From Octopus bimaculoides (Eukaryota): DNA of 64,000 bases. The position numbers and the translations under genes were made by a program. Under the pieces are notes generated by a model. That model saw only the letters and a program-made list of their open reading frames with translations, was not told where the DNA came from and made no database searches. The stretch is taken from contig NC_068992.1 in the NCBI RefSeq assembly GCF_001194135.2, forward strand, positions 56,891,912-56,955,911, in the 5' to 3' direction. This document shows, in pieces, positions 53,648 through 64,000 of the stretch; positions within the stretch are counted from its first letter, which is position 1; each line of letters begins with the position of its first letter.

Positions 53648-54360
53648 GTAAATATATTTCTGTCTATAGTAAATGTTGTTTATGCGGATATATATATATA
53701 TATATATATANNNNNNNNNNNNNNNNNNNNNNNNNNNNNNNNNNNNNNNNNNNNNNNNNNNNNNNNNNNNNNNNNNNNNNNNNNNNNNNNNNNNNNNNNN
53801 NNNNNNNNNNNNNNNNNNNNNNNNNNNNNNNNNNNNNNNNNNNNNNNNNNNNNNNNNNNNNNNNNNNNNNNNNNNNNNNNNNNNNNNNNNNNNNNNNTGT
53901 GTGTGTGTGTGTACGTGTGTGTGTGTACGTGTGTGTGTGTACGTGTGTGTGTGTTCGTGTGTGTGTGTTCGTGTGTGCGTGCACTTATGTGTATGGTGTG
54001 TATGTGTTCACCTAATTTAATAACGAACGGTAATAAGACGTGCTTAAAACTTGAGGGCTCAATAATAATTCTTGAATTAAATTTAAATCGATAGTCTAAA
54101 AGCAAAGATGGAAATAGGCTGATACCAAGAGTGGTGTGTATTGCGCTCAATTATTCAGGCTGGGAATATGTAGAAGCTTTCACCATCATCTCTTTATCAA
54201 CAGAGATGAAACAGTAAGACTGTTTCAAACCAGAACACAATACCGATATCGACGATAAAATATTTATCTATCTATCTGTCTGTCAGCCTGTCTGTCTATC
54301 CGTCTATCTCTCTGTCTCTGACTCTGTATATGTATATATATATACATATATATATATATA

Positions 54361-54495
54361 TAGGCGCAGGAATGGTCGTGTGTAGCTTGCTTACCAGCCT
54401 AATGGTTTCGGGGTTTAGTCCCATGCGTGGACCCTTGGGCAAGTCTCTTCTACAATAGTCTCGGGTCATGTTTGTGTGTGTGTGTGTGCTTGTCT
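54361..54495 (+). mobile_element. SINE family 3 5' part
   Basis: GGCGCAGGAATGG..CCCTTGGGCAAGTCTCTTC, then (TG)n. Other fragments at about 2140-2320, 3535-3715, 21340-21435 and 26055-26165. Confidence 0.78.
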
Positions 54496-54599
54496 CTCCA
54501 CCAAGAATTTAAAATCCAAATATTATGATCAGTTTTAAGAAAGATAATTGAAACTCATGTCGGAATTATTGCGGAATATTATTACTGACCATTGGAAGA

Positions 54600-54900
54600 A
54601 GCATATTTACAAGAATTCTTCTAAACACTGCACAGATTAACGAAGAGGAGGTTCGAAGAATAGAATCAAACATGTTGAAATACCAGCTATGAGGATTAGA
54701 AATTGTGGTTAGAATCAGGAGATTTCTTTACCAAGCACTATTCAGTGAATTAAGCAGAGGAAAAAGACAATAACAGCTTTTCCGTCGTTTTAAAAACTAG
54801 GTAAAATAAATATTCGAAATTGCTGAATTAAGACAAAAGTATATAGAAAACTGATGACGAAAGCGCCTTATACTGTGTTGCTCAGTCATCAAGGGACCTG
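54600..54900 (+). mobile_element. Decayed RTE (BovB-like) 3' fragment
   Basis: RIESNMLKYQL*..VVRI..QALFSELSRGKR resembles the RTE C-terminal SIESMLL..QLRW.GHV.R..LLY.EL..GKR pattern. Confidence 0.6.
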
Positions 54901-55129
54901 AAGCGTCTTTTTTACTAAAAAGAAGACAGAAATTTGAAGAAGGGTAGAATAGGTGAATAGGTGAATATCATATGAGGCCAAAATAAAAACCACACCCTCA
55001 ACAGATCTATTTCGTAGCATATTAGTTTCTGCATGTTATCCTGGAACACTGACCTTTTCTAACGTCAAAACCTTTAACATGGAGAAAATTGGTATTTTCC
55101 GGTATGAGAAATATATACATTCATATATA

Positions 55130-55840
55130 CAAGGGGGTACTCAAAATGAAGCGGAATTTTGCAATATTATTCTCTTCACTTAGATTTACGTGTTTACAAT
55201 TTTTATCATCTTCAGAGTATTCTCCGTTTAAAGCAATGCATCGGTCTAGACTCGCTTTCCACTTTTCGAAGCAGTCCATGAACTCTTGCGAAATGATGCC
55301 TGTTAACGCCTCCGTGGTCTTTTTTTCTTCACCTCTTCCACATCTGCAAAACCTTTTCATTAGAGGTAACAAGATAAGTCGGAAGGAGCATGATCAAGTG
55401 AATAGGGAGAGTGGATAAGTGAGGTCGAAGGCGCTTTGTCGACATGAAACCACCACCCTCCACTTTGCCAGAGGTTATAGTGTTTTCGTCTCACCGCGTC
55501 TTTCAAACGCTTTAGAATTTCCAAGTAAAATGTCTGGTTGACAGTTTGACCAGGAGGGGCAAATTCTGTGTACACCATTCCTTTCGCATCGATGAAACAA
55601 ATCAGCAGCGTCTCAACATTGAACTTCATTTCACGCGCGTTTTGGGGGCCGTGGTGACATTGAATGTTTCCATTGACATGAATGCTTCTTCGTTTCTGGG
55701 TCGTTGTCACAGCAACAGCTGTTATTCGAAATGAGGAGTTAAAGGAAGCTGAAAGAAGCTCGTCGTGATCACCGTTTGTTATCTCCCCCTTTCTTAGCTC
55801 TCCTGAAATAAGAATTTCTAACTTCCGGTCAGCCATTGTT
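55130..55840 (-). mobile_element. mariner transposon (irritans-like), internally deleted
   Basis: TA|CAAGGGGGTACTCAAAATGAAGCGG terminus. Peptides DPETKKHSCQWK, LICFIDAKGMVYTEFAPPGQTVNQTFYLEILKRL, PYSLDHAPSD and CFEKWKASLDRCIALNGEY. Second TIR not found. Confidence 0.9.
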
Positions 55841-55923
55841 ATGATCGGCCATTATTATGATTGACCGTTGACTGAACACTATTCAATTTTTTTTCTCCGT
55901 GTTTTTTCTCCTTGTCTCCGTAT

Positions 55924-55960
55924 TCTTTCTGTTGAAGAGCGTAGCTCGAAACGTCAAAGA
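55924..55960 (+). ncRNA. Candidate minimal type I hammerhead ribozyme (Penelope/retrozyme-type)
   Basis: UCUUU-CUGUUGA-A-GAGC(GUA)GCUC-GAAA-C-GUC-AAAGA. Stem I is 5 bp, stem II is 4 bp, stem III is the loopless ACGU palindrome. The core deviates at A6 (U). Confidence 0.55.
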
Positions 55961-56884
55961 CTTTCCGTATTCCCGAGCGTCATACTAATATATACTTTTG
56001 TTATTTACACCACCTGTCCTCGTCTGTTGTTATTTTTTGTATATTCTCCCATATATATATATATATATATATATANNNNNNNNNNNNNNNNNNNNNNNNN
56101 NNNNNNNNNNNNNNNNNNNNNNNNNNNNNNNNNNNNNNNNNNNNNNNNNNNNNNNNNNNNNNNNNNNNNNNNNNNNNNNNNNNNNNNNNNNNNNNNNNNN
56201 NNNNNNNNNNNNNNNNNNNNNNNNNNNNNNNNNNNNNNNNNNNNNNNNNNNNNNNNNNNNNNNNNNNNNNNNNNNNNNNNNNNNNNNNNNNNNNNNNNNN
56301 NNNNNNNNNNNNNNNNNNNNNNNNNNNNNNNNNNNNNNNNNNNNNNNNNNNNNNNNNNNNNNNNNNNNNNNNNNNNNNNNNNNNNNNNNNNNNNNNNNNN
56401 NNNNNNNNNNNNNNNNNNNNNNNNNNNNNNNNNNNNNNNNNNNNNNNNNNNNNNNNNNNNNNNNNNNNNNNNNNNNNNNNNNNNNNNNNNNNNNNNNNNN
56501 NNNNNNNNNNNNNNNNNNNNNNNNNNNNNNNNNNNNNNNNNNNNNNNNNNNNNNNNNNNNNNNNNNNNNNNNNNNNNNATATATACATATTCATACACAC
56601 ACATATATTTCTATACAGAGAGGAAGAGATCGACAGACATGATATTTGTCTAATGAAGGCGGAAGGAGTCAATCAATATATACTATGCTGCAATATTTAT
56701 TGTTGAAGCTGTATATTTCCATTATGACTCGGTTTCCATATTCTGAGGTTTCCTAACGATCAGTGTCACATGAAACTCGAGTAAAAACAATTACACTGCC
56801 TAAGTAAGTTACGCACACACTCATGAACCCACATACTCACGTACACATACACACGCTCACGCACTGTTACACACACACGCACAC

Positions 56885-56918
<34 letters not shown>

Positions 56919-57011
56919 GGGTGCGTGGTCTCTAATAATGTGTTTGTTGAATTAACGCGAAATTTCCGACATACGTGTATTTCTATATTTATTTTCTATT
57001 TCACTGATTAG

Positions 57012-57296
57012 GTGGAGGGAGCCATCACTGTTCAGCCGCTGGCATATGATGTGAAAGGTTTTAAAAAATATTTCCTGTCTCTTTCACCGAAGACAAATAC
57101 ACGGAATCCTTGGTTTATTGAATATTGGGAACAACATTTCCAGTGTAAATATCCTAACAGCAGTTGGACACCATTTAATGAAATGTATAACGAAACATGT
57201 ACTGGAAACGAAGTGATTGATCCTGATGACTTCCATCTTGAAGCCCAGCTACAATTTGTCAGCGACGCTGCAATGGCCTTTGGATACGCTTTCAAG
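57012..57296 (+). CDS. mtt: Internal exon C of the Mangetout/mXR-like receptor
   Basis: AG at 57010-11, GTAAAT donor at 57297, 285 nt, phase 0. Encodes VEGAITVQP...TNTRNPWFIEYWEQHFQC...EAQLQFVSDAAMAFGYAFK, containing the mGluR RNPWF.E.W and FV.DA motifs. Confidence 0.95.
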
Positions 57297-57478
57297 GTAA
57301 ATAACACATGATATTCATTGTGATTGTTTTGATGATATTATCGTTACTGTCCATGAAGTCGATGTAATTTTTGTCTTTAGGCTAACTTCAATAAACCCTT
57401 AATCTAAAAGTGTTATGGTTTTGCCAATCGAGGTTTAGCTCTAATAAGCCTATTATTTATTAGTAGTTGTACAAAAAA

Positions 57479-57807
57479 AAGGTAACGATCTGGCAGAACC
57501 GTTAGCTCACCGGAAAAAATGCTTAGCAGCATTTCGTCCGTCTTTACGTTCTAAGATGGAATTTGAGTGAGATCCAGTATTGCAATTTCCAGTAAACTAC
57601 ATCAAGCAAACGAGTGGAAGCGGTTTTCGTGATTATAGAATAACGCCAGTATAATTTCATCTATTATTTGTAAAGCCACCAAAATAGACTTTGCCTTTCA
57701 TCATTTTCGGATCGATAACATAAATACCAGCTGAGTATTGGACTCAATAAAATCGTTTGTCCCCGCCTCTCAAATTTCTGGCCTTGTACCTATAGTAGAA
57801 AAGATTA
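57479..57807 (+). mobile_element. SINE family 2 copy interrupted by a 122-bp insert (57553-57674)
   Basis: Head ends at TTACGTTCT; core resumes at GACTTTGCCTTTCATC. Confidence 0.8.
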
Positions 57808-58767
57808 ATAATAGAAAATATAGGACGACGACGAAGAAACATGGGGAAATAGGGAAAACACAGAAAGCACGTAGAGATGCTCACTCCTCATCATTTATCA
57901 ACAAAAAATCATAACGATATCGATACGATCTCAAAACCATCATCAAAAATACCTTCTTTTAAGATACTGAGATGGAATTTGAGTAGTGAGACCTAGATTT
58001 ACTATTTCCTGCAGATTAAATCAAGCAACCAAACGGAGGCGGCTTTCTTTTTTATAGATGAACACCAATATAAGTTCATCTTTTCTTTGTAAATCAAACA
58101 AAACGTATTTAGCATTAGATCCAAGCAAAACTTACATCTCAATAATTATTTTGAAAATAACAAGAATTCTATGTTATTTGTCGTCTTCGGCGTCTCGTTT
58201 CATTTTCGTTACACATTATGCTGGGGCTGATTCAATAAAACATCGGTTGTATATTGTATTTAAATAAATCACCTTAGTCAGTCACCACAACACTTTGGTC
58301 TAATATATTTGTTTATAATTTAAGCATAATTCAATACATGTGGTGGGGAATGGTATGTTCGCTTATAAAGAGTCTAGTAACGTGATTTGTACATGAATAT
58401 ATGTAGGAAGATAAAATACAACATCTTAGTAGGCAAGATTTGAATACAGATGTTCGTAACTAACCAACAGAAAAATTGTCATTTCTAAGCATACTGTTAA
58501 CCAAATACTTTGTTGTATAATATATTACGTAGTATCAGTTTATGAATATAAAACATAGACGAAGCATAACATATAGGCACACATATACGTGTGTATGTGT
58601 GCATAGGTGTCTGTCAGATATATAATGCTATGTCTGTTTATTTGCATATCTCTCTCTCTCTCCCTCCCTCTCTCTCCCTCCCTCTCTCTCCCTCCNNNNN
58701 NNNNNNNNNNNNNNNNNNNNNNNNNNNNNNNNNNNNNNNNNNNNNNNNNNNNNNNNNNNNNNNNNNN

Positions 58768-58888
<121 letters not shown>

Positions 58889-61507
58889 CAAATAATATGA
58901 ATGCCAAGGAGGTACAGGTTTCAATTTTTTTCCGCCGCTTCCAACGACTCCTTTAATTGAATAATAAGAACATTACATTATTGTAAAGAAACCGTTTTCG
59001 TCAGATGAATTCATGATCGTCAAACATAAAGGACAGTTCGACTTATTCAACATAGTTAACAAAATTCACGGAGTAAAACTATTTACATTGATCCTGCTAC
59101 AATTTAGTTGGCAGAATGAACTTAGCAGAATAGTGTATATTTGGTCAGAATAAAGAAGAATTTAGGAGTTATTAGAGTTTACAGTAGTGGGAGGAGAAAA
59201 TTGACACAAGTGAGCCAGTTATTCAAACTTATCTAAACTAACAATAGAGGAAGGATCGGTTCCGTTCGTTTAGATTTTTATCCTAAGGCCGATGTTTATG
59301 TCCAATGGTCAGTGGTGAGAGAAGCAATTAATGTCGGTTCAGCCTACGAAATTATCAAAAGTGATGGGAACATATGTCGGCTTAATCTTCGCAAATGGGT
59401 AGAAACAAGGGAGTGAGTGATAAGGAGGAGATGATAATGAGACGGAGATAGAGGAAGCTGAATTTACTTGAATTCATTAGCGTATTAAAGACTTTGCAAA
59501 ATAATGGAATAAAATTTTAAAATAAAATAAAATAGGGGTGGTCATCAGATCCACAATAGAAAAGAGAACTATTATAATTCAACATAGTTATAATGTTATA
59601 GCATGAAAATATATAGAAATTAGATATATAGATTACGAATAATTAATATTCAAAATTATTAGAAGAAAGCGAATAAAAAAATAATTAAAAAAATATATAA
59701 AAGATTGTATAAGATGTTTAAAAAAGCTTAGGATTTAGGCCCATAGGCTAATATGCAATATAATGTATTTAGAATATAAGGATATAAACATAAAATATAC
59801 GCCGATATCAGAGAGAAGAAAGAGGTAAAGTACTGAAGTTTGAACAATAGGATTCAACAGGTACAAAAAAAAAAAAAACCTTCAGATTCTGCAGTTCTAT
59901 ATTCACAAATCCCACGTTTAATTTTTATAAGAAAGCCAATTTTAAAGTTGTTTACCGCCACTTGAACATGGCTGTTCTGTAGGAACCGACGTTACTACTA
60001 CTTTAACCGGAGGAGGGTTGAAATGGTAGTAACGTCAGTAGAGTTACTGCTTTCATCTCTTATAGAGATCTGATTAGCTAATTCTGAAATTTTCTTCCTA
60101 AGATTATTATATAGTAAAACCCTACAGGCTGGCCAGATGGTGAGAGGATGGTTTTCTAGAGAAAAGTTAAGACACCGATGTTAGACCAGTTTAAAGTTTA
60201 CAGCTCCAACTTCTAATCAATGAAATACAGAGAAGAAATGAAAACTCATATGAAAACCCCGGTGTAGGTTATTGCGTAATTTTCAACCATTTCATGTCGT
60301 TACAAAGTATTAGGCATTAGGAATACCATCCGATAAGACAGAAAAAAACAGCCCTACATAATCTATAAAGCTAATCGAGGAGTGTTATTAGCACGTAGAG
60401 CAACGTAGACTGGAATGCTTTATTTGAACTTATGGTTTCCAAAAGCTGTTTTTTTTTTTTTTTTGAACACTGGTACTGGTAATAAATTGTATTGAACGGA
60501 AGAGAAACTGCTGTGAATTGATCGGGATTTAACTAGAGACACCGGGGGAGAAGATGATGAATTGGCAAGAATAGACTCTGATGAAAAGCTAAACCAAGAA
60601 GAATAGCACAAGATATTTGTAGAATGAAATGATGAATTAGACGTCATGGTTTTTTATCTTATAAACACATTTGATGAACAATGATGTTTGTTTTCTTTTT
60701 AATTTGTGCTTCAATCTTTGTTGAATAGATTTTAAGCAAAAGTTATTCAGAAGAGCAGGAAACATGTCATTTTTCTTTTTTTTATATATATAGATTTTAG
60801 TCTTCTTCTAACTTTTCTGATTTATATCTTAAAATTTGCTTCGATATTATGCTGACTGCTCAAAAGTATAATACCTACGGATGCACTCGACCAACGACGT
60901 GATGTAAGAGGACAAAATGCATGACTGATTTTTAGCTTGGAAAGTAGGTGGTGGGTCATATTACATTCGAGATTGTATTGGACAGAGGAAAGTCCAAGAG
61001 AACAGGAAGACTGAGGGAAAAAAATCGCCAACAGTCCACACACACACACATGTATGTATATATATANNNNNNNNNNNNNNNNNNNNNNNNNNNNNNNNNN
61101 NNNNNNNNNNNNNNNNNNNNNNNNNNNNNNNNNNNNNNNNNNNNNNNNNNNNNNNNNNNNNNNNNNNNNNNNNNNNNNNNNNNNNNNNTATATTGATCGA
61201 ATCACTGGATCAGAATACAACCGACAGATAAGAGCGAGCACGAAACATTCCAGTACCTTAAATAAGTTTTATTTAGATATTGGAAGTATCAGTTTGATGC
61301 CGCAAATTTCATTGTTATTTGAAACGTTAATAAAAGGAAGGATTGAGGAGAAGGACTTAGCGCTTTTAAGAATATGGAAAACATTATGGAAATGGACAGA
61401 AAGGCAGAAAATCATGCAAAATGTATTTACGCAGAAAATATCTTTGAAATTAGTTTAGAGAGAGGGTTATATTAATGAATTACAATCTAGATTATTCTAT
61501 AATTAGC

Positions 61508-61885
61508 ATTGCTGTGTGGTTAGAGGTTTGCTTCCTAACTACATGGTTCCAGTTTCTGTCCCGCTGCGTGGTACCTTGCACAAGTGTCTTCTATTATAGC
61601 ATCGTGTATATGTGTTTGTGTGTGTGTGTGTATGTGTACATATGTATGTATATATCAAAATGGGTGCCTTTGTGTCTGTGTTTGTCTCCCCATCACCGTT
61701 TGACAACCGCTGTTGGTGTGTTTACGTTTCCGTAAATTAACGGTTCGGCAAAAGCGCCTGATAGAATACGTACGCTTAAAATAATGTAAGACATTGGGTC
61801 GATTTGTTCGAATTAAACCCGTCCTGATAGTACTCCAGCATGGGCGCAGTCAATTGACTGAAACAAGTAAATATAAAGGATAAAA
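61508..61885 (+). mobile_element. SINE family 3 (tRNA head, CCTTGGGCAAG V/CORE-like box, internal TG/TA microsatellite)
   Basis: GCTGTGTGG..GGTACCTTGCACAAGTGTCTTC..(TG)n..GGTTCGGCAAAAG..CTCCAGCATGG..GACTGAAACAAGTAAA. Confidence 0.85.
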
Positions 61886-62975
61886 ATGAATTCTTTCTAA
61901 CACTACTTATTTTGAGCTCTATCAATCGCAAAACCGGTGCCCCACCCCCCGCAAAGTCCTAAAGGTCACTGAGTTTCCTCATCAAAATTCAGGACCAGCT
62001 TCTTAAACATGTTAGGCTTCAAGGTCCTTTAGGTTTTCTGCTTCTTGCTAAAAGACTTGAGAAATCTACACGGTGTGTGAATGTGTTTTAGAAGCACTTC
62101 AATACAAAAGAACAAATATCACAGCAAGAAACGCAACTGAGAGAAATGGCATCAAACTCCCTCGTTTCATAGAAAGGGTTTTAGTTACCATAGGAATTGC
62201 ATAAGTAGGGTACTAACATGGCCGCATCACTCGGACTAGGATAGTAGTTGAGTAAAAGTTTATACTGATGTTATATCATTTTTTTCCAGACCCCATTTTT
62301 TTTCTCCATAATTTGTTCCTAATCTGATTGTCTGGTGACATCCCACTCAATGGTCAAATTTGTTAAATAAGGAGACCCAACTTCCCTCTTTCTTTCAAAT
62401 ATTTTCTGTTCGTTTTATTACTTTTCGGCTTTCTTCTTTCCCCGCCCATAATTGTTCAGAGTAACAAGTTATCAACTTTTACTACAAATAATCTCTCTCA
62501 CTCTCTCTCCTATCTGTGCGTGTGCGTGTTTGTGTGTGTTTGTGTGTGTGTGAGTAAGTGTGTGTACGCGTGTGTGTGTGTGCCTCTATGTGTATATCAC
62601 ACACACACATATACATATGCGCGCGTGTGTGTATATATATATGTATGAGTATATGTATAAGCCCACTGGTATATAATAAATTTATTCCATATGACAATGA
62701 TAATTATACAATGATACATGTGAGACACAGACATACAAACAGACTAACAGACAAGGTTGAAAACAAACTTCTCCTCTTTCACCCTCTCTAATCAAGCCAA
62801 ACAATAGCGATTTCAGTAAGAAATAAAAAAAAAAAAAAAGAAAAACAGCAGAACCACGTTAAGACACCGAAGTCGGGGATTGAGACGGCGAGCAATTTAT
62901 CACTGCTCAACTATCGCGCTAATGAATCGTGGTCTACTACCCGCTAGAGCATTCTTAATATCAGTAATATATTTC

Positions 62976-63192
62976 GAGGCGGCGAGCAGGCAGAATTGTT
63001 AGCCTGCCGGGCGAAATGCTTCGCGGTTTTTCGTCTGTCTTTACGTTCTGAGTTGAAATTCCGTCGAGGTCGACTTTACATTTCATCCTCTCGGGGTCGA
63101 TAAATTAAGTACCATTTGCGCACTGGGTTTGATTTAATCGACCGGCTCCCTCACCAAAGATTTCGGGCCTTGTACCTAGAGTAGAAAAGAAT
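62976..63192 (+). mobile_element. SINE family 2 copy, tail B
   Basis: Near-consensus full copy. Confidence 0.9.
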
Positions 63193-63960
63193 TTTAGCAA
63201 TATATTTCATATGATTAAACTGAGTCTAGTCTGCTAAAATTTACCAAAGAAATAAAGTTACATAATGTGCAGAAAAATAAAGCAAAAATTGACAGAAACG
63301 CGGTGATTAATGGCTGGAAAAAAGTAATAAAAAATTAAGAAGTAATTGCAAATAGAATGAGTTTGTTTTGTTTTTATGGCTTTTAACACTTTTCTTTTGT
63401 ATGTTTTAGATTTGTCTCAAATATATATATATATATATTTACTTAAATAAACAATGCAACAGACGTATTGCAATTATTTCGAAATATTCTTAAACCGAAC
63501 ACTTTTTACTAACAGACATGTTAGGGTTTGGGAGGTTTGGTAAACAAATACCATTCTCTTAGTGCTCAACAAGCTGAAAATAACAGCAATATTTTTCACA
63601 TGTCGCACATTCATGGGTATATTGAACGATACTGAACGATATTTTCACGATAGGGAAAGTGATTCGCTATACTCTTTCGACTACATCTGCTCCGAGGAAC
63701 ACAACGTGCTCACGAAGAAAACCCTATGCATATGTGTTTGACCTGCTAAGAATAACACCAAAATTTACCTCGTATCACAATCTACTGTCATAAATTCGGT
63801 AGGATAGATTGGAAAATACTTTCTCACATACAAGCAAACAAAAAGCCAAATAAGCGAAACAAATGTGTGAATGTGTACATATACACAGACACTTATACAT
63901 ACACATGCACACACCCACATACATACATATGTATGTATGCACATATATATAAGGATATAT

Positions 63961-63993
<33 letters not shown>

Positions 63994-64000
63994 TATATAT

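Larger units (their letters stand above)
53648..57011 (+). other. 3,364-nt phase-0 GT-AG intron
   Basis: Joins ...NKERQ to VEGAIT..., collinear with mGluR-family sequence. Confidence 0.9.

Overview
Eukaryotic, AT-rich, microsatellite-dense animal DNA with 13 N-gaps. The repeat families and (TA/CA/TATG)n load resemble an octopus (coleoid cephalopod) short-read assembly; this assignment is inference. The only host coding sequence I can support is three + strand exons (16532-16676, 53505-53647, 57012-57296). They splice in frame (GT-AG, phases 1 and 0) into 191 aa of the Venus-flytrap domain of a class C GPCR. The sequence resembles the glutamate-insensitive Mangetout/mXR branch of metabotropic glutamate receptors, with Gln at the Lys that binds the distal carboxylate. 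The rest appears intronic, including a 36.8 kb intron. It carries at least four tRNA-derived SINE families (about 35 copies), decayed RTE, RLE-type (R4/HERO-like) and Penelope retroelements, two mariners, a DD37D maT element and MITE-like pieces. Two sense-strand intronic hammerhead-ribozyme-like motifs of the minimal dimer type are present. Family assignments come from motif recognition by eye, not database searches. Splice sites, target-site duplications (TSDs) and ribozyme motifs were counted to the base; other repeat boundaries are approximate.
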